Positions 1-8,497 of a stretch of DNA of 64,000 bases are shown in pieces; within the stretch, counting starts at the first letter, position 1, and every line of letters begins with the position of its first letter. This DNA is from Ignavibacteriota bacterium (GTDB taxonomy: Bacteria > Bacteroidota > Ignavibacteria > UBA10030). The position numbers and the translations under genes are program-made. Under the pieces are notes generated by a model. It saw only the letters and a program-made list of their open reading frames with translations. It did no database searches and had not been told where the DNA came from. The DNA lies in NCBI GenBank assembly GCA_963701295.1, contig OY969585.1:3104001-3168000 (forward strand), written 5' to 3'.

Positions 1-1301
1 CGGCATTTTTCCCAGCTTATTCCACTGGATGCTTCAGCAAATATAATATGAATGCTATCTCCAGGAGCAAGTGTATAGGGACCAAAACCTTGTTCCTGCC
101 CAGTTCCACCACCGGCATCCCGATCTACGTGACCAGTTCTCCAATCAGAGACATATTGATCTCCAACAGATTCTGCATGGGATTGTGGCAGATGCGGTTC
201 TGATATTCTATTATAACGTTGCAGCATAAACGTTTCATCATATTGACTTACAGCAGCCTCCATAATAGCATCATCTTGGCAACAATATGATGTTGACATA
301 GGCTGATTAGGATCATTTGTTCCAAAATCGCTCCCCGGTCCTTTCGAAACAAACAAAGTAACTGCACCATTAAATTTCGCGGAACCTATCATACCATCTA
401 AATTTACTCCGCCTCCTTGTTGATTGGGACAACCCCAATCTTGATCATAGGTCACAGTATTGCGATCCTTGTTGGGACCATAGAATGAATAAAAACCTCT
501 GATCGTATCATATCTCATAGAATCGGATGAGGGTGCATACGGACCAAAATCATTATATTCAGTACTCATGCCCCATTCCGAAGAGAACGCACCCCATGAA
601 GAACCGTAGCCAGTGGAAGTAATTCCGGAAAAAGCATAACGATAGAGGAAACCGACCCAGAAATTATTCAATGTCTGCGGATTAACATCACCGGCTTTAT
701 CATAAATACCGGTGTTCTTAAACACATAGTCATTGATGAAATAATTATTATGATTCTGCTGCACAAATGCGAGTACCTTCTTTGTTACTGAAACACCGAT
801 TGAAGTATTAAATCGTGTGATAATCATCCTATCACAAGGAAGATTATTCTCTTGATCGTCCAAGACATCGTACAGTGTATTATTTGTACCAATTTGACCA
901 TCCACAAACACCTTGGGTGGGTTGGATTTTCCAATCAACTTCATGCCGAGAGGAAAAACCATTGCCGGTTGGTTCGCTGGATCATAGCGAGGCCCCGAGC
1001 CGACAACCTTCACAGATTTCAATTTATTTTCAACTTTATCATAGAATTGTTTGGCACCTAACCATAGGCCATTCATCCGGCAGGTGTACTGGTTGTCGCC
1101 ATATTGTACTGGCCATTCCAGAAAATTATTACCAGTTCCTATAAGCTCACATTCGGATCCGTAGTCCATAAAAAAAGATTGTAATTGACCTACACGCATC
1201 CATCTGGAATCTTGAGATGCCAATCGCTGGAAACCGCCTGCAATGAAGATACAACCGATTACCATCAGCATCAGTCGAATTGTATATTTTTTATTATTCA
1301 T
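1..1301 (-). CDS. Partial (runs off left edge) secreted protein, paralog of 8498..11104
   Basis: Not in ORF track. Read manually from ATG at 1301: MNNKKYTIRLMLMVIG...RWMRVGQLQS...WPVQY...NGLWLGAK...KVVGSGPR, aligning with RWLRITPLQ...WPAQY...GLWIGCR...KVIDAGPR of the paralog; directly downstream of a TBDR. Confidence 0.8.
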   Translation of the reverse strand, partial: MNNKKYTIRLMLMVIGCIFIAGGFQRLASQDSRWMRVGQLQSFFMDYGSECELIGTGNNFLEWPVQYGDNQYTCRMNGLWLGAKQFYDKVENKLKSVKVVGSGPRYDPANQPAMVFPLGMKLIGKSNPPKVFVDGQIGTNNTLYDVLDDQENNLPCDRMIITRFNTSIGVSVTKKVLAFVQQNHNNYFINDYVFKNTGIYDKAGDVNPQTLNNFWVGFLYRYAFSGITSTGYGSSWGAFSSEWGMSTEYNDFGPYAPSSDSMRYDTIRGFYSFYGPNKDRNTVTYDQDWGCPNQQGGGVNLDGMIGSAKFNGAVTLFVSKGPGSDFGTNDPNQPMSTSYCCQDDAIMEAAVSQYDETFMLQRYNRISEPHLPQSHAESVGDQYVSDWRTGHVDRDAGGGTGQEQGFGPYTLAPGDSIHIIFAEASSGISWEKC

Positions 1302-1336
1302 CAGAAATTCCCATTTATATTAGTGGTTGTCGATTT

Positions 1337-4300
1337 TCAATCTATGTCAATATTAAGGCGAAGACCAAATGAAATATTGCGTGGATTGAGAAACCAATAC
1401 GTGGAAGGATTAGGCATATCAATATATGCTTTATCCTTATTGATCTGATCGATCCTTGCCTGATCAACTACCTTCCACCGCGGAGTCTGATCAGTTGTAC
1501 CAGCCGGGAGTGTAATGGTTGGATCATACTGCCAATATTTTCCAGTGCTGTTTTCATAATAAACTGCAACTGTACTCCCTGCGCCTTTCATTGTCTGAGC
1601 CATCGATGCTTGATATACTTCGGGTACCCAATCTACGCCAGGTGTACGATAATCCCCGAATTTATCATCACCGGGAATATTTAGGTAAGCGTTACTTTCG
1701 GGTAAATGGAGTGAAGCTTGGTAAGCTATATCACCAGTATTGTTCAAACGGAGTGTATTGAAGAGGTTGGAAATATCGACATACAGTTGAATGTTGAATC
1801 GTTTAAACACAAAAGACTTGCTTGCCCGCAATCTTGCATCAAAATAATCCACGTATTGCACATTATTCATTATACCAGGAGCATTTTGTGGATTATATGT
1901 AGTCCATCCGCCCGCACTCCAATTTAAGAGAATGCTGGCCATAAAATCACCAAGAATTTTGTTCCCGAGTAATGTTGGCCCAAAATCTTCAGGTGTCGAG
2001 AAATTAAGGTTTGCCCTTGCAAAAGGCGCAGGTATAGGGCGAGCCTGATAGATATTGGTAACGTTTGCTATGTTTTCTACATAGTTCGTTTGCTGAGCCG
2101 GATCTTCATACTGACGTGGCACCATGAAGTTACCAGACGATGTTGCTTGATATGTATAATTGATGAAACCATAAAACCAACGACCGACAGATTTACGTAG
2201 AGTAAACTCAAATCCTCGAATATCTGAATAACCCGTAGAGGTTGTTACCTGATAGGATGATCCTCCAATGGGATAGTATGTTATTTGATTATACGGGTCA
2301 CTCTGCTGATTACTGATATCTCGATAAAATGCTGTTAGTTGAACCAGCACCTCACCATCAAATAATTGATGATCATACCCTAATTCATATGAAATAGTTT
2401 TAGCAAGCGCAAGATTCGGATCACCGATACCCGCTAATGTGTTATCGTTTCGCCGATCGAATCGGAATAGAGATTCGTACTGAGGCATCTGTTTAAAGTG
2501 CCCGTAATTAAAATACAGTTTAGAATTCTCTGTAATAGGATGTGAAATGCCTAAACGAGGGCTGAGCTGCCATTGACCCTCTGATTTTGTCATTGCGAAA
2601 GTCATATCAGTGCTATATTTATATCCATAGAAATTCGAGTTGTACGGATCGAATACCCACCAAGAAGTATTAGAGTTACTATAATCGAGACGTAAACCGG
2701 CGTTGAGAGTAAACCCTTGGGTCTCCAGTTTATCCTGAGCATAGGCTCCAGCCCTCAGTGGATAATTTTCCATCTGAACACGGCTTGCATACGTTAAGCC
2801 TGCAGTTTGCATCTGTATAAATCCGTAATCCAAATTCAGATCATTATAAACGAATTCAGCGCCTGCTTTCACCTGGTTACTGAAATCGACCTGGCTTGTA
2901 ATATCAAATTTGGCTGTTGTCGAACTTGCCGTAGAATTATCGCGTGCTAATGATTGTTGTTCGCCTGCATAAACAATAATTCCATCTGAGGAACTTGCCG
3001 CCGGAAAATAACCATCTGGATTTGACGTTTCATAAAACCCTGGCACTATTTCAAATTTTTGTGAAGTATCCCGCGCTGCAGGTGGACGAGAGAAGTAACT
3101 GCGCCGAAAATATTCTATCGAAGCTTCATATAATGTTTTTGGACTGAGTGTTTGAGTGATTTTTGCCGATAAGGAGCGATTACCAATATCTGTTAAACTG
3201 TATGTCCAATCACTGAACATATTAAACAATACACTGCCACCTGTGCCGCCCGCGATATCACTCGGGGTTTGCGGATAAGATAATCTGTTCCAATTATCCT
3301 GCTCCGTAGCAATATTACCTATAAGGCCTGAAACACTAAGCTTCATCGATTTGCTGATATCCGAGGTAATGACTAACCGTCCATCATAATTTGAATAATC
3401 CGGTCTCGACATCGGAAAGAGCAGCATATCTCTCTCGCTGCGATAGGAGGCAAAGAACCGAAGATTTCCAAGTACGTCAGAAACGAACGGAACTGGGCCA
3501 CCAAAACCAGCATCAATATTGTAATCGGGTCGATTGTTGATTTGTGCTTTCCGGGTCTCATATTCAAAAGCTCTTTGAGCTCCTAGTGGTGTTAAATCAT
3601 TCGTTGGATCATTGTCTGACATCAATTGCTGGGAGATCTGGTTCCATCCAACAAAGGGGAGATAATGTTGTTGGGTATATATATCCCACCCACCAGCAGT
3701 TGTTCCAGTCCAACAGACTGCAGGGTCATAATACGATCGCAGCCAATAAGAATTCGGATCCTGAACATCTGGTATACCATTGCCTCGATAATATTTTGGC
3801 GCCGGAGGCGTCATATTTACCATAATACTTCCTGAGTATCCTTTTTGCTTTCCTTCATTTGTCACGACTTTCAAAATACCAGATTGCACTTGTCCATATT
3901 CTGCATTGAATCCTCCGCGCTCAACAGAAACATCTTTTACACTACTGAGCGCTACTCTCGTTACAGCTTGATTATTTCGGGGATCCCTCATAGTGACACC
4001 ATCAAGAAGGAAGAGCGATTGATCCATTGTGCTGCCACGAATCTTATCATTGTTAATACCGGCTTGCATATTAACAACATCCATTACATTAGATGCGGGG
4101 AGATCCTCAATCTCGCTTACAGAAACATCAACCACGCTGGTAGCAACATCCTTCTTAATAACATTTCTCTCGGCTGTGATGATTGTCTCGCCAACTTCGA
4201 TTGCTTGCGGTTCAAGCGCAATATCCACTCGTGCAGTTTGATCGATGTAAACCCTGACATCGTTGACAAGGATTTTTCTATATCCGATAAATGATATTTG

Positions 4301-4531
4301 AACCATATATGTTCCTGGCGGAACATAGAGAACGGTATACTGACCATCAACGTCAGTCACTACGCCTAACGACGTCCCAACCACAACGATATTGGCTCCA
4401 ATCATAGGTTCGCCTGTCGCTTTATCGGTTATTGTGCCGGCGATCTTTCCTGTCGTTCCAGACCATAATTGTGAGACTGTTACAACCACCAATATTAACA
4501 TTAAGAAAATTAATCTCATCAGTTGATTCAT
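1337..4531 (-). CDS. TonB-dependent receptor (CarboxypepD_reg-like N-terminus, plug, beta-barrel)
   Basis: GTTGKIAGTITDKATGEPMIGANI N-terminus, GGFNAEYG plug motif, C-terminal PRNISFGLRLNID; start moved to ATG 4531 (RBS GAAGGAG). Confidence 0.9.
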   Translation of the reverse strand: MNQLMRLIFLMLILVVVTVSQLWSGTTGKIAGTITDKATGEPMIGANIVVVGTSLGVVTDVDGQYTVLYVPPGTYMVQISFIGYRKILVNDVRVYIDQTARVDIALEPQAIEVGETIITAERNVIKKDVATSVVDVSVSEIEDLPASNVMDVVNMQAGINNDKIRGSTMDQSLFLLDGVTMRDPRNNQAVTRVALSSVKDVSVERGGFNAEYGQVQSGILKVVTNEGKQKGYSGSIMVNMTPPAPKYYRGNGIPDVQDPNSYWLRSYYDPAVCWTGTTAGGWDIYTQQHYLPFVGWNQISQQLMSDNDPTNDLTPLGAQRAFEYETRKAQINNRPDYNIDAGFGGPVPFVSDVLGNLRFFASYRSERDMLLFPMSRPDYSNYDGRLVITSDISKSMKLSVSGLIGNIATEQDNWNRLSYPQTPSDIAGGTGGSVLFNMFSDWTYSLTDIGNRSLSAKITQTLSPKTLYEASIEYFRRSYFSRPPAARDTSQKFEIVPGFYETSNPDGYFPAASSSDGIIVYAGEQQSLARDNSTASSTTAKFDITSQVDFSNQVKAGAEFVYNDLNLDYGFIQMQTAGLTYASRVQMENYPLRAGAYAQDKLETQGFTLNAGLRLDYSNSNTSWWVFDPYNSNFYGYKYSTDMTFAMTKSEGQWQLSPRLGISHPITENSKLYFNYGHFKQMPQYESLFRFDRRNDNTLAGIGDPNLALAKTISYELGYDHQLFDGEVLVQLTAFYRDISNQQSDPYNQITYYPIGGSSYQVTTSTGYSDIRGFEFTLRKSVGRWFYGFINYTYQATSSGNFMVPRQYEDPAQQTNYVENIANVTNIYQARPIPAPFARANLNFSTPEDFGPTLLGNKILGDFMASILLNWSAGGWTTYNPQNAPGIMNNVQYVDYFDARLRASKSFVFKRFNIQLYVDISNLFNTLRLNNTGDIAYQASLHLPESNAYLNIPGDDKFGDYRTPGVDWVPEVYQASMAQTMKGAGSTVAVYYENSTGKYWQYDPTITLPAGTTDQTPRWKVVDQARIDQINKDKAYIDMPNPSTYWFLNPRNISFGLRLNIDID

Positions 4532-4539
4532 AATTATTT

Positions 4540-5196
4540 CTCCTTCTAATTTGAATTGACTGCTACTGCTGGAAAGCGAGGATTTTTTCTCCAAATTTCA
4601 AAGCGAAGCAATACCATAACGATGCTCTAGAGCGAGTTACACTTCACGATGTTTTTTTAAAGACTGAGTAAAGAACAACAGATAAAGAAGAAGTATTAAA
4701 AATTTTTCGATAAAATGTCTCCACTACATTAATTGAGCAGCTAAAAATTTTAAACTTTATTTCGATTCCTTGACTTTAAAAAATATTTGAACTAAACTCA
4801 CTGATTGAAAATTGATTGAATTGTTTCAATGGAATATAAGTAGTATTCTTTAAAAGTCAAGTTTTTTTAATAAAATATCTATCCATCAGTTTTGGATACC
4901 GCTAGTGAAAAAAGTTACGATTGGCGATATAGCCAGACGAGTGGAAGTCTCAATAGGCACGGTGTCTGCCGTGATTAATGGAAAAAAACTGTTAAACCGG
5001 AAACAAGAAAAGCTGTTCTGAGCGCAATAAAAGGACTGAATTACTGGCCACGTGGAAGCGTTCGGAATTTTAAAAATGCGGATATATATTCTAACAGTAT
5101 CGGATTACTCATTCGCGAATTAGACAATCCGTTCTATATGAAGATTACAAAGGGGGTTCTAGAATCCTCCAAAAGCAAAGGATATTTAGTCAGCAT
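4540..5196. repeat. Duplicated TBDR-upstream/lacI promoter segment (copy of ~14385-14565 and ~14865-15315)
   Basis: Near-identical stretches such as CTTGACTTTAAAAAATATTTGAACTAAA, CTGATTGAAAATTGATTGAATTGTTTCAATGGAA and TTTTCTCCAAAT.T.AAAGCGAAGCAAT occur in both places. Confidence 0.85.
4905..5196 (+). pseudogene. Truncated, frameshifted LacI-family regulator copy
   Basis: GTGAAAAAAGTTACGATTGGCGATATAGCC... matches the 5' end of lacI at 15026; frameshift near 4985; interrupted by IS3 remnant. Confidence 0.85.
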
Positions 5197-5219
5197 GGTA
5201 CTGCACCCCATCAGCTTTT

Positions 5220-5776
5220 TGACAATCGACGTCTGCGGGTGTTGGTGATCTTGGAAAATTACACGAAGGAGTGTTTGACTCTTGAAGCTAATGCAAGGAT
5301 CCGGGGAATCGATGTGGTGACGACACTGGAACAAATTACGCGTGAACATGGATTTCCGAAACGGATTAAAGTAGATAATGGACCAGAATTCATCTCAAAG
5401 GATTTAGACCGATGGGCATATTGGAATCATGTGGAACTGGATTTCAGTCGTCCGGGTAGACCATCGGACAATGCACTGGTTGAAGCATTCAACTCTCGTT
5501 TTCGACAAGAGTGTTTGAATCAACATTGGTTTCTGTCGCTGGAAGATGCCAGAGGGAAACTTTCTCACTGGCAAAACGAACACAATACCGAGAGACCACA
5601 CAGTGCATTAGGTTACCGAGCACTATTGGAAGGTAAGTTCAAAACAACCAATGTGAAAGCTGTTGCGGCATAAAATCATAGAAATACTTACATTGAATTT
5701 GGACCCACGATGGGGGCAAGTACCCAATATACTTTTTACTAAGTTTAAATTGGATCGCTTTTTCGGGAGCAGGTCA
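5220..5776 (+). mobile_element. IS3-family remnant (C-terminal integrase core of OrfB plus right-end sequences)
   Basis: ORF 5239-5673 with VDNGPEF, PGRPSDNALVEAFNSRFRQECLN and RPHSALGY motifs; IS3-like end ...GGGAGCAGGTCA at 5776 and a second degenerate end near 5700-5724. Confidence 0.85.
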
Positions 5777-6000
5777 GTGTGATTCTAGTTTCACCTGTTC
5801 ATTTCGCTGTATGCATATCGGTCACCATCTCCATCAAAGTCCTTATGAATTGGAAACCGTTCGGTTGAACGATTCTTTTCACGTCCCAATTGGATACCTC
5901 AAGTTTTTCTGGCGTTGTAGTGAATTTGGTTGTTTTGGTTTCTTAATCTCTATTGGGCATGAAACCAGCGAAGCCAAGAAGAACAAAGAAATTAACTCAC

Positions 6001-6044
6001 TTAAAAAGAAATACGCCTGTAGCTTTCTCTTAGCTACAGGCGTA
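6001..6044 (-). terminator. Intrinsic terminator of the TBDR2 operon
   Basis: 13-bp stem TACGCCTGTAGCT/AGCTACAGGCGTA followed on the minus strand by TTTCTTTTT, 30 nt after the stop at 6075. Confidence 0.8.
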
Positions 6045-6074
6045 CTTGTGTCTCAAGTTGAAGATAAATTGTTC

Positions 6075-7433
6075 TCAATAATATGGCGCGCCGGTTGTTC
6101 CTACATCTACCTTATATACTAACCAGTTTACAGCTGGAGTTGTATTACCACTTATATAGTAAATATTATCTCCAAAACAAATTTGTCTGCAATAGGTTGG
6201 CAGAATACCTTTGTAAATGAAATCCACACTATTAGGTGATATTGGAAAACTCGTTGCATCTGCGATTAAGATTGGATACTGTGAATTAGTTCCAATGTAC
6301 ATCATTGTTCCATCTGCAGAAAAAGAAAATCCACTTATAGGAAGAGAGGCGAGTGCAGTATGAGTGCAGTCAAGCACGAGTTCCTGGGTGCCTATCTTGC
6401 TTGTATCACTAATCGAATGGCGCCAGAATGCTGTTCTCGTTGCAACATAAACGTAATTGTTGAATACGCGTATACTTAATATCGTGTCTTGTGGATAAAA
6501 CCCATCCATCCTTATAGAACGATTAGGGCGGATTACCACAATGCCGCTTTTTGACCCACCGGTATAAAAATAACCGTTTGCGTCAAAATCACCGTATGAA
6601 ATTTTAGGAGAAATTTGTTTTAATAATAAAGAATCATATAACGTCGGTGAATTCAAGTCAATCATGTGAACATCTTTAGAATTTGGAAATGCACCCTGCA
6701 GGTAATAGAGTTTACCGTCTGGGCTGATTTTCGCATCCGACAACGTTATCGGCTTTGTCAACTGAGTCTGCGGTGTCTCTCCAGCTAAATATCCAAGTAA
6801 TGTCTTCCCTCCACTTGGCGAAATTTTCCAGAGATTATATAGAAAATTCGAAACAGAAGAACTTACAACTGTTGTGACTGCTTCAATAACATAGAGATTT
6901 CCGTATTTGTCAAGAGTAAGCGTGCTCAATGGCACATTTGTTGTAAAACTACCATACGGTTCCTTTATTGCAGTAATTTTGTACGGACTAAATTTAGCCA
7001 AGGCAAGTGATTTATTCGAAGCTATTTTTATTATACATGAATCTGAAACTATGTCGGGTCTTAAAACTTTTATTGCTGATGAAGATGCTTCCACGACAGT
7101 TGCCTGCATACCATTAAAGTAAACACCGTTATGTACAAAAGTATTATTCGTTATTAGTACTGAATCTCTCACGTTTAAAGAATCAATATAATAATAATAC
7201 TTAGTTACACTGGTTGAATCCAAAGCACCTGCTAAATTCGTACCGAGAATTGTTATATAGTTCACTCCTGCTGTTGCTTGTACAGGAGTGATTCCGGTAA
7301 TAGTCACAATTACTGAATTTGGTGGAGGACTATACCATTGTGGTTCTGCGACATCATATTTACACCCGACGATTACCGTCATCAATGACGCGACTATAAA
7401 AAAGGCCATTGCGTAAATGCGATAGGATTTCAT
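6075..7433 (-). CDS. Lipoprotein with IPT/TIG domain and beta-propeller-like C-terminus
   Basis: Lipobox IVGC; ITGITP...ITILGTN IPT-like segment; repeated D..GNLYV / SPDGKLY blades. Confidence 0.7.
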   Translation of the reverse strand: MKSYRIYAMAFFIVASLMTVIVGCKYDVAEPQWYSPPPNSVIVTITGITPVQATAGVNYITILGTNLAGALDSTSVTKYYYYIDSLNVRDSVLITNNTFVHNGVYFNGMQATVVEASSSAIKVLRPDIVSDSCIIKIASNKSLALAKFSPYKITAIKEPYGSFTTNVPLSTLTLDKYGNLYVIEAVTTVVSSSVSNFLYNLWKISPSGGKTLLGYLAGETPQTQLTKPITLSDAKISPDGKLYYLQGAFPNSKDVHMIDLNSPTLYDSLLLKQISPKISYGDFDANGYFYTGGSKSGIVVIRPNRSIRMDGFYPQDTILSIRVFNNYVYVATRTAFWRHSISDTSKIGTQELVLDCTHTALASLPISGFSFSADGTMMYIGTNSQYPILIADATSFPISPNSVDFIYKGILPTYCRQICFGDNIYYISGNTTPAVNWLVYKVDVGTTGAPYY

Positions 7434-7448
7434 GATCTTCTTCCTTCA

Positions 7449-8486
7449 TCAATTAAATGAAAAACGAGCGGTCACTCGCTGAACCTTGTCAAACACCCCA
7501 AACGGCGTATAGGCATAATCAAAAGCAAAACCGAATCGAGAGATCCCAAGCCCATACGACATTCCGTTCCCACCATTGTCATTGGCATATCCTGCACGTA
7601 ATGATAGCGTGCTCATCACCCGGTATTCCAACCCAACTTTAATCTGTTCCGGATGATCAACGTAATGACTCGCATCGACACTTATATTCAGCGATTGATC
7701 CAGCGGAACTTCCCCAATAAAATCCATAAGGTTCATTGATAATCCCAGGGTAAACACCAAGGGCGTCTGAAACCCTTCCTGTGAATACTTGATATCCTTC
7801 GAAAAATTCCGCACCGACATCCCAAATACCAGACTCTTTACTCCCGTCTTGAACTGCGTTCCAAAATCAAATACATACGGCGTCAGTTTATTCGATACAT
7901 ATACCGTATCTGCAATTCGTCCCCCTTTAACCGTGTCAGTCCGAATATTGACCGCTGTCATCGATTGACCCAAATCCTGTCGTGCCCATCGTACCTGCCC
8001 TCCTACACTAAATCGATCCGTCAACTGTTTGGCATACCCAACTCCAATCGCTAATGCATTTAAATTAAATATGCCTGTATCATCATACCCCAGCGGAACG
8101 GTCGTGTTCACGCGCGTACCAAAAAAATCCCCGTAATCCACATACTGCACACTAAAGCCTAAAACTCCATATTCACCCTTGGCGGGGCGGATGGCCAAAC
8201 TAAATGTCTGGTGCTTGATATCCGCTATCCACTGGTTGATGCTCGCCGTTACGTCGATAAAATTTGCCATGTCCGCCATTCCCGCTGGATTAAAAAACAA
8301 TGCGCTGGAGCCGATCTGAAGACTGGTCATCGCCTCTGCCATTGCTGCTGCACGCGCGTCTGACACGACACTCAAAAATTGAAATCCTGTCTGCGCCAAT
8401 TTCTGGTTCTCTTGGGCATACCCTCTGCTGAACAATACGCCTCCCACCAGTATACCAACGATTACTATATATATCTTCTTTTCCAT
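7449..8486 (-). CDS. PorV/PorQ-family outer-membrane beta-barrel (T9SS shuttle-like)
   Basis: FLSVVSDARAAAMAEA...ALFFNPAGMA motif; C-terminal FDYAYTPFG...RFSF. Confidence 0.85.
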   Translation of the reverse strand: MEKKIYIVIVGILVGGVLFSRGYAQENQKLAQTGFQFLSVVSDARAAAMAEAMTSLQIGSSALFFNPAGMADMANFIDVTASINQWIADIKHQTFSLAIRPAKGEYGVLGFSVQYVDYGDFFGTRVNTTVPLGYDDTGIFNLNALAIGVGYAKQLTDRFSVGGQVRWARQDLGQSMTAVNIRTDTVKGGRIADTVYVSNKLTPYVFDFGTQFKTGVKSLVFGMSVRNFSKDIKYSQEGFQTPLVFTLGLSMNLMDFIGEVPLDQSLNISVDASHYVDHPEQIKVGLEYRVMSTLSLRAGYANDNGGNGMSYGLGISRFGFAFDYAYTPFGVFDKVQRVTARFSFN

Positions 8487-8497
8487 TGATCGTCTCC

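Noticed and set aside
5811-6122. 103-aa plus-strand ORF after the IS3 remnant
   Set aside because: Runs across the terminator and the end of the opposite-strand lipoprotein gene; no recognisable motif
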